A stretch of 64,000 bases of DNA, taken from positions 1,711,553-1,775,552 of the forward strand of contig OZ239628.1 of the NCBI GenBank assembly GCA_965195345.1, read 5' to 3'. Shown here one piece after another: positions 19,840-31,489 of this stretch. The notes beneath the pieces were generated by a model. It ran no database searches, was not told the origin of the DNA, and saw only the letters and a program-made list of their open reading frames with translations. The DNA comes from an uncultured Thiomicrospira sp. GTDB taxonomy: Bacteria; Pseudomonadota; Gammaproteobacteria; CAKMZV01. Both the position numbers and the translations under genes were made by a program. Every line of letters starts with the position of its first letter. The stretch's first letter is position 1.

Positions 19840-20063
19840 TTAGTAACAGTATGAAATAACTCCTATGATGAGCAAAGTGGCAGAATTGATTAATGTCAGT
19901 TTCTGCGGTAAGAAAAACAACCGTTGATTAATACAACAATACAAGCACACAAAAATCATGCTTTTAAAAATCATAATCTACTTTCATGGCAATAACCAAT
20001 GATATGTAAAGAGAACTTTTACATTAACTGGTAAATATCATTGCGCAAAGCTACAATACAAGC

Positions 20064-20855
20064 ATGCTCAATGCTTTGTATATAGCCTGTATTTTCAGCT
20101 TCGCCTCACTTATTGTTTTATTTCTTACTACAGCAAAAAAAACAAGACAGTTGCGAGCAAGCAGTGTGCATTGGTTCTTGATTGCTTTTGCGACATTTTT
20201 TCAGGCAACATTATTAACATTACTGATTGTTCAAGAGACGCAAATCCTTCTCGGATTTTCAAACGCAACGATGTTAGTGTCATTTTGCATCTGGTGCATG
20301 ACACTGCTTTTAATGCGCTTAAGCAATACTGCTTACTCGTTGCTTCTATTGTCTTTTTTAAATATTTTCGTCTATTTATTCGCTTGGCTTTCACCCGATT
20401 TGAACGCTGTAGTCATCCGTGGGGAAACCGCCTTTCATGTTGTTCTTTCAATTCTTTCATACAGTATAGTAGGACTAACTGGGTTGCAAAGTATTATTCT
20501 ATTAGCAACAGAAAATATGCTCCATGAGAAAAGAGGACTAAAGCTCCTTTCACTACTCCCTTCGCTTAATGAATTAGAAAATGCGTTGTATTTTTTACTT
20601 TGGATGAGTTTCATCAGCTTAAGTATTGCCCTATTTAGCGGGTTCTTAGTGCTTGATGATATGTTCGAACAACGCGTAGTACACAAAACTTTTCTTTCGC
20701 TACTGTGCTGGGGAATGATCGCTGTACTACTGGTTTTGAAATTGACTTGTGGCTGGCGTGGCAAACAACTAAGTATTGGCATTATGCTATCGACTTTAAT
20801 ACTTTTTTTAGGATTTTCGGGTTCTAAATTCATTATTGAAAGGCTATTATCCTAA
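20064..20855 (+). CDS. inner membrane protein of the cytochrome-c-assembly (CcsA-like) family, YpjD-like
   Basis: 263 aa, 8 TM; family resemblance to YpjD/CcsA-like proteins. Confidence 0.5.
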   Translation: MLNALYIACIFSFASLIVLFLTTAKKTRQLRASSVHWFLIAFATFFQATLLTLLIVQETQILLGFSNATMLVSFCIWCMTLLLMRLSNTAYSLLLLSFLNIFVYLFAWLSPDLNAVVIRGETAFHVVLSILSYSIVGLTGLQSIILLATENMLHEKRGLKLLSLLPSLNELENALYFLLWMSFISLSIALFSGFLVLDDMFEQRVVHKTFLSLLCWGMIAVLLVLKLTCGWRGKQLSIGIMLSTLILFLGFSGSKFIIERLLS

Positions 20856-21160
20856 TGAAATCAGCTCAGTTTAAAGGCGTATTTGACTCTTCTTCAACGC
20901 TTTCACGTCTCTACAGCCGAGCGGCCTACCAAAATCGCATCCTGAAAATTTTGCACAAACATCTTCCTTTTCCCAAACAAGCTATTAGCGCCTGTTTTCT
21001 TTCAAAAGAGGTTTTAACCATCTATTGCCCCGACGGCACTTGGATGACACGTCTACGATTGCGCACCGACCAAATCCTGCGTACACTGCATGAAGAGGCG
21101 AACGATGAAATTCCTCACAATGTGAATGAAGTTATTGTTGAAATAAAATACCCTTCTTGA
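20855..21160 (+). CDS. small protein, possibly DUF721/DciA-like
   Basis: 101 aa, start overlaps the upstream stop (ATGA); weak family resemblance only. Confidence 0.3.
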   Translation: MKSAQFKGVFDSSSTLSRLYSRAAYQNRILKILHKHLPFPKQAISACFLSKEVLTIYCPDGTWMTRLRLRTDQILRTLHEEANDEIPHNVNEVIVEIKYPS

Positions 21161-22605
21161 ATTTTCGATTGATCAATCTAAGTCATTTCAGTATTCGTGA
21201 GCGTCGTATGCTCATTGGGACGTTATTTGCTGCGTTCTTCCTCCATGTGTCTTTGTCATTCATTCAACCTTTAAGTGCCGATGAAGCACACTATGCACTT
21301 TACGCTTTACACCTTGACTGGAGCTACCTCGATCATCCACCTTTAGTAGGTTGGCTGCAAGCACTCATCCTACCATTTGACAGCAATGACTGGGCGCTAC
21401 GATTTATTCCTAACATCCTCCATTTAATGACAAGTATCGGGCTAATTGCATTGTGCAATGCGCTTTATGGGGAAAAAGCAATGATCGCCTTAGGCAGTGT
21501 TATTTTGTATCAATTGAGTGTTATTTTTCAAATACTGGGATTGGGTATGACGCCAGAAACCCCACTACTGGCATTAGGTGTTTGGAGTTGTGTATTTGCT
21601 CTATATACTTGTCGCCACGCAACACTGAAGAACTGGATAATACTTGGTGTTCTCTTAGGCTTCATGGGATTATCGAAATACACTGCACTCATGTTTGCTA
21701 TTGGTTTAGGAATATACTTCATTTCTCAAAAAATGATTTGGTGGCGTGATTATCGTTTTTTCATAGCAATGACAATAGCAGTGCTTATGATCATGCCCGT
21801 TTTATATTGGAATTTCAATAACGAATTTATTTCATTTAATTATCAATGGGGACACGGAAATATTAATGCCAAAGGTTTTCATCTTAATAGTTTTTTAAAT
21901 GCCCAAGCGTTCCAAGCTCTGCTATACACACCTGTACTATTCATCGCATGCTGGGTTTTTTCTATACAGGGATTATGGAAAAAAGATAAACTTTTTTTAG
22001 CTTGCATTAATTTACCAACACTATTGCTATTCGCGTGGTCATCAACCAAAGGAGGGCATTATTTGCCACACTGGACTGCTTTACCTTTATTAATTAGCAT
22101 TCCTTTTGTATCTAAATGGATAAGTGAAAGTTGGCAAAATAATAAGCGATTCATTGCATGGTCCCACTTGATTGTCAGTGGTAGTCTATTAATAATTTTT
22201 GTTCTCTTAATTACGGGCTGGCTACCAAAATCAATCAATCAAGTAGCCTTAAAAGATTTGCGTGGTTGGAAAGAAATAGCCTTAGTGGCTAAAAAATTGG
22301 TAATTAAATTACCAACAAATCAGCAAAATATTTATATAGATAATCGATGGAATGCCAGTCGCATTGCTTGGTATGCTAGACCAATTCCGTTGGTACTCTT
22401 GGATAAGCGCCCTTCTCAATATCAACTATGGGCAGAACCTTTCGCCAATACAGAAGGTGGGATTGTTGTTACGAATGACGACTCGTCAACAAGTGATATT
22501 GCTCGTATTTACAGCCATTTTGACAAGTGCGTTCTGGTAGAAACGCGCTCTTTCGACTCACAAGAAGGTATCAGTCGTTTTCAATTACACTATTGCCAAA
22601 AATAG
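21157..22605 (+). CDS. glycosyltransferase family 39/83 (ArnT/PMT-like, polyprenyl-phosphate-sugar dependent)
   Basis: N-terminal DEAHYALYA...DHPPL loop motif characteristic of GT39/ArnT; about 11 TM. Confidence 0.75.
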   Translation: MNFRLINLSHFSIRERRMLIGTLFAAFFLHVSLSFIQPLSADEAHYALYALHLDWSYLDHPPLVGWLQALILPFDSNDWALRFIPNILHLMTSIGLIALCNALYGEKAMIALGSVILYQLSVIFQILGLGMTPETPLLALGVWSCVFALYTCRHATLKNWIILGVLLGFMGLSKYTALMFAIGLGIYFISQKMIWWRDYRFFIAMTIAVLMIMPVLYWNFNNEFISFNYQWGHGNINAKGFHLNSFLNAQAFQALLYTPVLFIACWVFSIQGLWKKDKLFLACINLPTLLLFAWSSTKGGHYLPHWTALPLLISIPFVSKWISESWQNNKRFIAWSHLIVSGSLLIIFVLLITGWLPKSINQVALKDLRGWKEIALVAKKLVIKLPTNQQNIYIDNRWNASRIAWYARPIPLVLLDKRPSQYQLWAEPFANTEGGIVVTNDDSSTSDIARIYSHFDKCVLVETRSFDSQEGISRFQLHYCQK

Positions 22606-22651
22606 TAATTTAGTTGACACAATCCACTAATTCAAATGCAGACGCTTCAAG

Positions 22652-25429
22652 TCAGATTTTACCGTGACAATGTTTGTATTTTTTACCTGATCCACAAGGG
22701 CAAGGCTCGTTGCGACCAATCTTTTTCTCATCACGTTTAATAGGTTCTGGTGATGGATTAGATTGTTGATTATTTTGATAATCTTGCTTTGATGCTGGCT
22801 GAGGACGACGCATGGTTTCAGGAAGGTCCTTTTGAAGACTGCCCAACGCTGATGCATCATTTTGGCGCCGTTGTTCATCCATTGCTTCCACATCGCCTTC
22901 ATCGCGTAATTGAACAAAACACAGAACTTTTGTTACGTCATGTCGAAAATTATCAAGTAATTCCTCAAACATTTCAAAAGCTTCTTTTTTGTATTCTTGT
23001 ACGGGATTGCGTTGTGCGTATCCACGTAGATGAATCCCTTGACGCAAATAATCAAGTCCTCCAAGATGCTCTTTCCATAAGTTGTCAAGCACTTGCAATA
23101 ACACCGCCTTTTCGAAGTGTCTAATAACTTCAGCACCAACTAATTGCTCTTTCTCTTGATGCGCAGTATCGATATTTTCTAATATGCGCTCTCTTAAGCC
23201 TTCTTCAGCAAGCAGGTCATCTTCATCCAACCATTGTTGCAAAGGTAATTTAACGTTGTATTCTTCTCGCAAAATCTCTTCCAGAGCTGGAATATCCCAT
23301 AAATCAGCTATACTTTTTGGAGGAATATAATCAGCAATGGTCGCCTCAACATCCTCATTGCGCAGATTAACAACGTAATCCTTCCAATCATCCTGAGACA
23401 TTATGTCATTGCGTTGTTGATAAATCACTTTTCGTTGTTCATTAACCACATTATCGTATTCCAATAATTGTTTCCGAACTTCAAAATTGCGCCCTTCCAC
23501 TTTCTTCTGAGCATTAGCAATCGCCTTATTAACCCAGTTATGCTCAATAGATTCTCCATCTTTGAGCCCAAGCTTCTCCATCATGCCTCGCATTCTTTCG
23601 GAGGCAAATATGCGCATCAAGTCATCTTCAAGAGATAAATAGAAAATACTACTTCCTGGGTCTCCCTGTCTGCCAGAGCGCCCTCGCAGCTGATTATCAA
23701 CCCGTCTTGATTCATGCCTCTCTGTTCCAATAACATGCAACCCACCCAAAGAGATGACTTCTTGCTGGTTAGTTTTTGCTTGCTCGCGCAACCCGCTAAT
23801 TTTTTCTATCTCATCAATGTCAATTTGCTCAATTTCAAAATCAACATTACCGCCCAATACAATATCTGTGCCCCTACCCGCCATATTTGTCGCAATAGTT
23901 ACTGACCCCTTCCGTCCAGCTTGCGCTATGATTGATGCTTCTCTTTCGTGATTTTTAGCATTTAATACTTCGTGTTGAATTTTTGCCCTATCGAGCGCAG
24001 CAGAAAGTTTTTCTGAACTGTCTATTGACGCTGTCCCTATAAGTACAGGCTGTCCTGAAGTATTAATCTCACCCACATGCTTAGCAAGTGCAAGAAATTT
24101 TTCCTCTTCATTTAGATAAATTAAATCACTGTGATCTGCTCGTTTGATTGGCTGATTTGATGGTATTACTACAACAGGTAAGTTGTAAATTTGCTGAAAT
24201 TCCACGGACTCTGTATCAGCCGTTCCAGTCATTCCTGCGAGCTTGCCATATAGTCGAAAATAATTCTGAAAAGTAATGGAGGCGAGCGTTTGATTTTCAT
24301 TTTGTACTGGGACATTCTCTTTCGCTTCGATTGCTTGATGTAGACCATCTGACCAACGTCGCCCTTGCATTTTACGCCCAGTAAATTCATCAATAATAAC
24401 GACTTCCTTAACCCCTTCCTCATTGGTTTCAATGATGTAATCTTTGTCTCTTTCGTACAAAGCATGCGCTCTTATAGCCGCATTGATGTTTTGCATAATG
24501 TTGATATTACGCGCATCGTATAGATTTTCGCCGTCTTTCAATAATCCTTTGTTATTCAAATATTTTTCAATTTTTTCATGCCCATCTTCCGTCAAAGTAA
24601 CTGAACGATTTTTCTCATCAAGTATATAGTCGCCAACTTGGTAATCATTACTGGGAACGCCATCCTTATCGACTTCACCAAGCTGTTTTTTCAATAACGA
24701 GGGTATGCCGTTTAGTTTTGAATATATTTCAACATTACCTTCTGAAGGCCCAGAAATAATTAATGGTGTTCGTGCCTCATCAATTAAAATCGAATCCACT
24801 TCGTCAACTATAGCAAATGCAAATTTACGTTGCATTCGATCATCAGCTGAAAAAGCCATGTTGTCTCTTAAATAATCAAACCCAAATTCGTTATTTGTTC
24901 CATAAGTAATGTCAGCATTGTATTGTCGGTATTTATTCTTCCACATTTGTCCACTCAAAATAACCCCAACACTCATACCAAGAAACTTGTACAACGTACC
25001 CATCCATTCAGAGTCTCTTTTCGCCAAATAATCATTCACAGTGACTACGTGCACCCCCTCTTCTGTCAAAGCATTAAGGTAAACGGCGAGCGTAGCAACG
25101 AGCGTCTTGCCCTCACCAGTACCCATTTCGGCAATTTTTCCTTCGTGCAACACCATACCACCTATCAATTGCACGTCAAAATGACGCATCCCAAGCACGC
25201 GTAAGCTTGCTTCTCTACACACTGCAAAAGATTCAGGCAACAAAGCAGTTAACATTTCACCCTTTTTAAGGCGCTCTTTAAATTCATTGGTTTTAGCAGC
25301 CAACTCATTATCACTAAGCGCTTGCATTCCGGATTCAAGCGCATTAATTTTCTCAACGGCTTTCTGATACCTCTTAACTTCGCGCGAGTTACTTGTTCCA
25401 AACACAGAACTCAAAATTTTATTTAGCAT
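22652..25429 (-). CDS. secA: preprotein translocase ATPase SecA
   Basis: 925 aa; DEAD-like motor motifs ([22 protein letters not shown]) and C-terminal zinc finger [14 protein letters not shown]. Confidence 0.97.
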   Translation of the reverse strand: MLNKILSSVFGTSNSREVKRYQKAVEKINALESGMQALSDNELAAKTNEFKERLKKGEMLTALLPESFAVCREASLRVLGMRHFDVQLIGGMVLHEGKIAEMGTGEGKTLVATLAVYLNALTEEGVHVVTVNDYLAKRDSEWMGTLYKFLGMSVGVILSGQMWKNKYRQYNADITYGTNNEFGFDYLRDNMAFSADDRMQRKFAFAIVDEVDSILIDEARTPLIISGPSEGNVEIYSKLNGIPSLLKKQLGEVDKDGVPSNDYQVGDYILDEKNRSVTLTEDGHEKIEKYLNNKGLLKDGENLYDARNINIMQNINAAIRAHALYERDKDYIIETNEEGVKEVVIIDEFTGRKMQGRRWSDGLHQAIEAKENVPVQNENQTLASITFQNYFRLYGKLAGMTGTADTESVEFQQIYNLPVVVIPSNQPIKRADHSDLIYLNEEEKFLALAKHVGEINTSGQPVLIGTASIDSSEKLSAALDRAKIQHEVLNAKNHEREASIIAQAGRKGSVTIATNMAGRGTDIVLGGNVDFEIEQIDIDEIEKISGLREQAKTNQQEVISLGGLHVIGTERHESRRVDNQLRGRSGRQGDPGSSIFYLSLEDDLMRIFASERMRGMMEKLGLKDGESIEHNWVNKAIANAQKKVEGRNFEVRKQLLEYDNVVNEQRKVIYQQRNDIMSQDDWKDYVVNLRNEDVEATIADYIPPKSIADLWDIPALEEILREEYNVKLPLQQWLDEDDLLAEEGLRERILENIDTAHQEKEQLVGAEVIRHFEKAVLLQVLDNLWKEHLGGLDYLRQGIHLRGYAQRNPVQEYKKEAFEMFEELLDNFRHDVTKVLCFVQLRDEGDVEAMDEQRRQNDASALGSLQKDLPETMRRPQPASKQDYQNNQQSNPSPEPIKRDEKKIGRNEPCPCGSGKKYKHCHGKI

Positions 25430-25954
25430 GTTTAAATTAGATTATTTATCAGTGCTCGCATTCTCATCCCATTCTCGAAAATGCACGCAGTAACTTAATT
25501 TTTGTTGAAACGTTAAAAAATATACAACCCCAGTTGTAATTTTAAACAAACAATAGCTTGGTGCGTTATTTTAATTCACAGCGGTTATTTTAATTCGTCA
25601 ATTGTCTTATTACTTCTTAGTAATTTTGATATAAAAACATGAAATTTATACTTCCATTTCCAAAAATTGGGCATATTCACGTTAAAAACACGACTGATTG
25701 TTAAGAAAACTTCTTTAGAATTGCGCTTCATCACTAATGCGATAAATAGGAAGCAATATGCTTAGTATATCAATATAATAGATGACTTTTATTAAACTTT
25801 CACTTTACTTTATTTTTCCTAATCTTCCACAAACTGAGCACCTTGGAAAGTCAATCTTTCTTGATAATCCAATTTTTATCCTTTAAAATGATTGGTTAAT
25901 TCTACGAAGAAAACACGGTTTTTTAAACAAAATTATAAAATGGAGTTCTACAAA

Positions 25955-26971
25955 ATGAAATTATCAACACTTGTACTTGCTGTAACAGCAAGTTTCATGG
26001 CTGCTGGAATAGCATCAGCCAAGTCAACACTGGAGTCTGTTAAGGCCAAAGGTTTTGTTCAATGCGGCGTTAGCACAGGATTACCTGGGTTTTCAACTGC
26101 TGGTGGTGACGGAAAATGGAGTGGCATTGATGCCGAATATTGTCAAGCGGTTGCAGCTGCGGTGTTTGGAGATCACAATAAAGTACGCTACACCCCTTTA
26201 ACAGCTAAAGAACGTTTTACAGCGCTTTCGTCTGGAGAGGTGGACATCCTAAATCGTAATACTACTTGGACAATGCTTCGTGACACTCAGCTTGGTATTA
26301 CCTTTGCTGGCGTTAACTATTATGACGGTCAAGGCTTCCTCGTTTCTAAAAAACTTGGCGTTAGTAGCGCAAGTGAAATGAATGGTGCGAGTTTTTGTAT
26401 CCAAGCTGGTACAACTACAGAGTTGAACCTTGCGGACTTTTTCCGTTCAAAAGGCATGAAGTTTACAGCGATTACATACGATACTTCAGCACAATCTAAA
26501 GATGGTTTTGAGCAAGGACGTTGTAATGCATTGACTTCTGATCAATCGCAATTGGCAGCTATTCGTTCACAACTTAAAAACCCTGATTCAGCTGTTATCC
26601 TACCTGATGTTATCTCTAAAGAGCCTCTAGGACCAGTAGTTCGCCAAGGTGATGACCAATGGTTCAAAATTGTTCGTTGGACACACTTTGCACTTTTGAA
26701 TGCTGAAGAATTGGGTGTTACTCAAGACAATGTTACCAGCATGAAATCTTCAAGCAATCCTGGCGTGCGTCGCTTACTTGGAGTTGAAGGTGATTTTGGA
26801 GTCAAGCTAGGTCTATCCAATGACTGGGCACTTAATGTCATTAAATCAGTAGGTAACTACGGTGAAGTCTTCAGACGTAATGTTGGAGCTGGTTCTATCC
26901 TAGGTCTACCTCGCGGCATTAATAACTTATGGAATAACGGTGGTGTTCAGTACGCGCCACCAGTTCGTTAG
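25955..26971 (+). CDS. general L-amino-acid ABC transporter substrate-binding protein (AapJ/BztA-like)
   Basis: signal peptide MKLSTLVLAVTASFMAAGIASA then SBP type-3 fold; start chosen at the internal Met with signal peptide. Confidence 0.8.
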   Translation: MKLSTLVLAVTASFMAAGIASAKSTLESVKAKGFVQCGVSTGLPGFSTAGGDGKWSGIDAEYCQAVAAAVFGDHNKVRYTPLTAKERFTALSSGEVDILNRNTTWTMLRDTQLGITFAGVNYYDGQGFLVSKKLGVSSASEMNGASFCIQAGTTTELNLADFFRSKGMKFTAITYDTSAQSKDGFEQGRCNALTSDQSQLAAIRSQLKNPDSAVILPDVISKEPLGPVVRQGDDQWFKIVRWTHFALLNAEELGVTQDNVTSMKSSSNPGVRRLLGVEGDFGVKLGLSNDWALNVIKSVGNYGEVFRRNVGAGSILGLPRGINNLWNNGGVQYAPPVR

Positions 26972-26985
26972 TTTTTAGAACGAAG

Positions 26986-27021
26986 AAAGGATCCATCATG
27001 TTTTTGATGGATCCTTTTGTA
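26986..27021 (+). terminator. rho-independent terminator after the binding-protein gene
   Basis: perfect 13-bp stem AAAGGATCCATCA/TGATGGATCCTTT with 6-nt loop followed by TTTGTATTT. Confidence 0.55.
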
Positions 27022-27136
27022 TTTAAGTATATATTTCCATTAACCACATGATGATCATTAATTTTTTAGACATAAAATAGTTAGAAAATAAAATTTAAAA
27101 AATGAACACTAAATCATCTATCCTAATAAGTACAGC

Positions 27137-28300
27137 ATGCTAAAAGGCCTCAATAGTGAACGTAATCGTTCAATTATTTTTCAAATTATTGCTGTAATTG
27201 TCGTGATTTCTTTAGGTTTTTACCTATTTGAAAACATGCAAGAAAACATGGCTAAGAGAAATCTTTCTTCTGGATTTGATTTCCTATCCAACAATGCAGG
27301 ATTTCAGATTCTGTACAGCCCATTTATGGAGTTTTCTCCTTCGTTGGGAACATATTTTGACACTTTTCTAATTGGCATTGGCAACACTTTGCTCGTTAGC
27401 GTCTTAGGGATTATATCTTCTACTATTGTCGGCTTTGCGGTAGGGGTATCTCGACTGTCTTCTAATTGGATAGTCAATCGTCTCGCTTTGATATATATTG
27501 AGCTGTTTCGTAACATCCCATTGCTTTTACAGATCATGTTTTGGTATTTCGCTATACTGATTCCTTCAATGCCGGGATCTACCGACCCCTTGTATCTTCT
27601 AAGCAATAATTTTATACTGAGTAATGAGGGTCTTATTTTTCCAGTAATAATCGCCCAAGCAACCAGCACTGCATTCTGGATCGGTCTGCTTGTGGCACTC
27701 ATTGGGTTCATTTTCTTCCGTCGTTGGGCCAATAATCGCCAAGCAAAAACAGGGCAAATATTACCTGTCTGGACAATAATGATTTTGGGCTTTATTCTAT
27801 TTGCTCTTATTTGGTACTTTTTATTAGATCCTTATGAATTTACTAAGCCCGCTAAGGAACGCTTTACTTTTGTTGGTGGTCCAGTATTGATTCCTGAGTT
27901 AGCTGCTTTGTGGTTCGCATTGACCACGTACACCAGTGCATTCATTGCTGAAACCGTTCGTGCTGGAATAGAATCAGTTCCTAAAGGACAAACTGAAGCG
28001 GCAAAATCATTAGGACTTTCTAACGCTAAGGCTTTGAGATTGGTTGTCATCCCTCAAGCTTTGCGCCTAATCATTCCACCTCAAACCAGTCAATACTTAA
28101 ACCTTGCCAAGAACTCTTCGTTGGCAACTGCTATAGGCTATCCTGACTTAGTTGCCTTATTTGCTGGAACAGCATTGAACCAAATAGGTAAGGCTGTTGA
28201 GATTATTTCAATGACTATGCTTGTTTATCTGACTATCAGTCTATGCATTTCGATGCTAATGAATTGGTATAACCACAAAATTTCACTAACGGAGCGCTAA
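27137..28300 (+). CDS. amino-acid ABC transporter permease (AapQ/BztB-like)
   Basis: 387 aa polytopic permease with EAA-type loop (KSLGLSNAKALRLVVIPQA). Confidence 0.85.
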   Translation: MLKGLNSERNRSIIFQIIAVIVVISLGFYLFENMQENMAKRNLSSGFDFLSNNAGFQILYSPFMEFSPSLGTYFDTFLIGIGNTLLVSVLGIISSTIVGFAVGVSRLSSNWIVNRLALIYIELFRNIPLLLQIMFWYFAILIPSMPGSTDPLYLLSNNFILSNEGLIFPVIIAQATSTAFWIGLLVALIGFIFFRRWANNRQAKTGQILPVWTIMILGFILFALIWYFLLDPYEFTKPAKERFTFVGGPVLIPELAALWFALTTYTSAFIAETVRAGIESVPKGQTEAAKSLGLSNAKALRLVVIPQALRLIIPPQTSQYLNLAKNSSLATAIGYPDLVALFAGTALNQIGKAVEIISMTMLVYLTISLCISMLMNWYNHKISLTER

Positions 28301-29400
28301 TGGTATCTGAATGGCGTAGCTACATTGTTCGGCAAACCGGGATTTACGGATGGATATTAAATAATTTATTATCCACTCCTGCCAATATTATCTTAACTGC
28401 CTTAGGTATTTGGTTTATCTCCTCTACCATCCCCTCATTTTTAAATTGGGCATTGTTTAATGCATATTGGGTAGGAACTAGTCCAGATGATTGTGGAACT
28501 GACGGCGCATGTTGGGTGTTTATAAAACAACAATTCAATATCATTATTTACGGATTCTATCCTCAAGATCAACTGTGGAGGCCTAATTTTGTTTTCTTTG
28601 CCACCATAGCATTGGTTTTAGGCTATAAACTTCCCATAGGTCGAAAAGGAAAAACATTTCTTTCTTTCTTTCTATTACTCATTTACCCCTTCATCATCAC
28701 AGCCATTCTGCATGGCACGCTATTCGGCATTGAGTTTTTCAGTGAAGTAGAAACCGATCGTTGGGGCGGATTGATGTTGACATTAGTTCTCTCGGCAGTT
28801 GGAATTCTGGCCTCTTTTCCTATAGGAATATTACTTGCTCTAGGTAGGCGTTCTGATAACATGCCCATTATTCGTGCTTTTTGCATCATATTCATTGAAT
28901 TTTGGCGAGGAGTTCCTTTAATCACGGTATTGTTCATGGCATCTGTCATGTTGCCTTTGTTTTTGCCTGAAGGATCGGATTTTGAAAAACTAACCCGAGC
29001 ACTTATTGGTATTACTTTATTTGAAGCAGCTTATATGGCTGAAGTGATCAGAGGAGGCTTACAATCAATTCCTCGCGGACAATATGAAGCTTGTGATGCT
29101 TTAGGTTTAGGGTATTGGAGGAAAATGATTTTGGTTATTTTGCCTCAAGCAATTAAATTAGTAATTCCCGGTATTGTTAATACCTGTATTGCTTTGTTCA
29201 AAGATACTTCTTTGGTCTCTATTATTGGGTTATGGGACCTTCTTAACGCAGCTTACAACGCTACTCGCGACCCTCTATGGTTGGCGTATACGATCGAAGG
29301 ATTTGCCTTTACTGCGCTAATTTATTTTATATTTTGTTTTGGAATGTCTCAATACAGCCAAATACTTGAACGCAGGCTCTCTTACACTGCAAAAACATAA
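28300..29400 (+). CDS. amino-acid ABC transporter permease (AapM/BztC-like)
   Basis: 366 aa, EAA loop CDALGLGYWRKMILVILPQA; start overlaps the upstream stop. Confidence 0.85.
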   Translation: MVSEWRSYIVRQTGIYGWILNNLLSTPANIILTALGIWFISSTIPSFLNWALFNAYWVGTSPDDCGTDGACWVFIKQQFNIIIYGFYPQDQLWRPNFVFFATIALVLGYKLPIGRKGKTFLSFFLLLIYPFIITAILHGTLFGIEFFSEVETDRWGGLMLTLVLSAVGILASFPIGILLALGRRSDNMPIIRAFCIIFIEFWRGVPLITVLFMASVMLPLFLPEGSDFEKLTRALIGITLFEAAYMAEVIRGGLQSIPRGQYEACDALGLGYWRKMILVILPQAIKLVIPGIVNTCIALFKDTSLVSIIGLWDLLNAAYNATRDPLWLAYTIEGFAFTALIYFIFCFGMSQYSQILERRLSYTAKT

Positions 29401-29418
29401 TAAAACCATTTAAAAATT

Positions 29419-30168
29419 ATGAAAGAAAATACTGAAACGGTTATATCTATAAAAAAGATGAATAAGTGGTATGGGGATTTTCACGTACTTAACGATATAG
29501 ACCTTGACGTTCATAAAGGTGAAAAAATCGTTATATGTGGCCCTTCTGGTTCTGGAAAATCAACACTGATTCGTTGTATCAATCGTCTTGAAGCACACCA
29601 GAAAGGCGAAATAATTGTTTATGATCGCGAGCTAACCGACGACATTAAATCCATTGAGCACGTGCGCCATCATGTTGGAATGGTCTTTCAATCTTTCAAT
29701 CTTTTCCCTCATTTAACTGTTTTGGAAAACTTGATGCTTTCTCCAAAATGGGTGAGCAAAACACCAGATGCTGAAGCAAGAGAAACGGCTCTTAAATATT
29801 TGAGCCGTGTTAAGATTTCCGAACAATCTGATAAGTACCCTGGTCAACTGTCTGGTGGGCAACAACAACGTGTTGCTATTGCTCGCGCTTTGTGTATGAA
29901 TCCTGACATTATGCTCTTTGATGAACCAACTTCGGCACTTGACCCTGAAATCATTAACGAAGTGCTTGAAGTCATGATTGAACTAGCAGAAGGTGGTATG
30001 ACTATGTTGGTGGTCACTCATGAGATGGGCTTTGCAAGAAAAGTAGCCGATTGTGTGATGTTTATGGATCAAGGTGAAGTAATTGAAAGATCCTCTCCAG
30101 AACAGTTTTTCACCAACCCTGAAAGTCCGAGAACGCAAAAGTTTCTCGAACAAATAATCACACACTAA
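29419..30168 (+). CDS. amino-acid ABC transporter ATP-binding protein (GlnQ/AapP-like)
   Basis: Walker [10 protein letters not shown], signature [15 protein letters not shown], Walker [12 protein letters not shown]. Confidence 0.9.
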   Translation: MKENTETVISIKKMNKWYGDFHVLNDIDLDVHKGEKIVICGPSGSGKSTLIRCINRLEAHQKGEIIVYDRELTDDIKSIEHVRHHVGMVFQSFNLFPHLTVLENLMLSPKWVSKTPDAEARETALKYLSRVKISEQSDKYPGQLSGGQQQRVAIARALCMNPDIMLFDEPTSALDPEIINEVLEVMIELAEGGMTMLVVTHEMGFARKVADCVMFMDQGEVIERSSPEQFFTNPESPRTQKFLEQIITH

Positions 30169-31453
30169 AACGATCTTTTATTGCAACTAAGGCCTTTTCT
30201 GCTGCAATAATAGTTGCATCTATATCTTCGTCGCTATGTGCACTGCAAATAAAGCCGGCCTCATAAGCAGATGGTGCAAAATAGAAACCTTCTCGAAGCA
30301 TTTCATGAAAGAAAAAGTTATACAGTTGAACACCTGATGCAACTTGAGAAAAACGGCTAACCTGTTCGCTTGAACCAAAGAATAAACCAAACATCGCTCC
30401 AGCACGATTACAACTCATGGGAACATTGTTCTTTTTAGCTGCCATTAAAATACCATCGCATAATCGATTGCATTGATTGAACAAATGTTCATAAACATTT
30501 TCTTCTTCAATCAACTCAAGCATTTTTAATCCAGCGCTCATGCACAACGGGTTGCCTGACAATGTACCTGCTTGATATACAGCTCCCATGGGAGAAAGCA
30601 TCTCCATAATCTCTTCTTTCCCTCCAAACGCACCTACAGGCAATCCTCCACCTATTATTTTCCCAAGACACGTTAAATCTGGATTGATACCATATAGTCT
30701 CTGAGCGCCTCCAATGGAAACACGAAAACCACTCATTACTTCATCAAAAATCAATAACGTTCCATTTCTTTTGCATAAAATAGCCAGCTCTTCAATAAAT
30801 TCTTTTTCAGCGGGTATACAATTCATATTACCCGCTACAGGTTCAATAATGACGGCGGCCAATCGTTCACCATACTCATTAAAATTTGCACGTAAATTTT
30901 CTATATTGTTAAATTCAAAAACCAGTGTTAAATCGGTAAATTCCTTAGGAACACCTGGTGAATTGGGCTCACCATGTGTGAGCATCCCCGACCCTCCTTT
31001 TACCAACAAAGCATCTGCATGTCCATGATAACAACCTTCAAATTTAGCAATCAAATCTCGTCCCGTGTATGCTCGAGCTAATCGCAAAGCACTCATAGTA
31101 GCTTCTGTACCTGAATTTACAAAGCGTACTTTGTCCATTGAAGGAACGTGCTGCTTTATTTTTTCTGCCAGCTGTGTTTCCAGTTCTGTCGGTGCTCCAA
31201 AGCTCACTCCATTGTGAGCTGCCTCTATAATAGCATCGCGTATGACTGGATGATTATGTCCCATTATCATCGGCCCCCACGATCCCACATAATCAATATA
31301 AGACTTTCCTTCTATATCGTATAGCCAACAGCCATCTGCCTTTTTAATGAATATTGGATCACCACCGACTCCTTTAAAAGCGCGTACCGGAGAATTAACA
31401 CCACCGGGGATAACTTTTTTTGCCTGCTTAAAAGCTGTTTTGTTAGTATTCAT
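30158..31453 (-). CDS. hemL: glutamate-1-semialdehyde 2,1-aminomutase
   Basis: 431 aa class-III aminotransferase with [12 protein letters not shown] and the HemL-typical N-terminus. Confidence 0.95.
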   Translation of the reverse strand: MNTNKTAFKQAKKVIPGGVNSPVRAFKGVGGDPIFIKKADGCWLYDIEGKSYIDYVGSWGPMIMGHNHPVIRDAIIEAAHNGVSFGAPTELETQLAEKIKQHVPSMDKVRFVNSGTEATMSALRLARAYTGRDLIAKFEGCYHGHADALLVKGGSGMLTHGEPNSPGVPKEFTDLTLVFEFNNIENLRANFNEYGERLAAVIIEPVAGNMNCIPAEKEFIEELAILCKRNGTLLIFDEVMSGFRVSIGGAQRLYGINPDLTCLGKIIGGGLPVGAFGGKEEIMEMLSPMGAVYQAGTLSGNPLCMSAGLKMLELIEEENVYEHLFNQCNRLCDGILMAAKKNNVPMSCNRAGAMFGLFFGSSEQVSRFSQVASGVQLYNFFFHEMLREGFYFAPSAYEAGFICSAHSDEDIDATIIAAEKALVAIKDRFSV

Positions 31454-31489
31454 TAGGTTTCCTAGAATTTAAATGCCACAATAAGGCTA

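Noticed and set aside
22627-22917. 96-aa ORF overlapping the 3' end of secA in another frame; several plus-strand ORFs inside secA (22789-23124, 23714-23951, 24923-25204)
   Set aside because: They are embedded in or overlap the unambiguous secA CDS and have no family resemblance. Frame artefacts.
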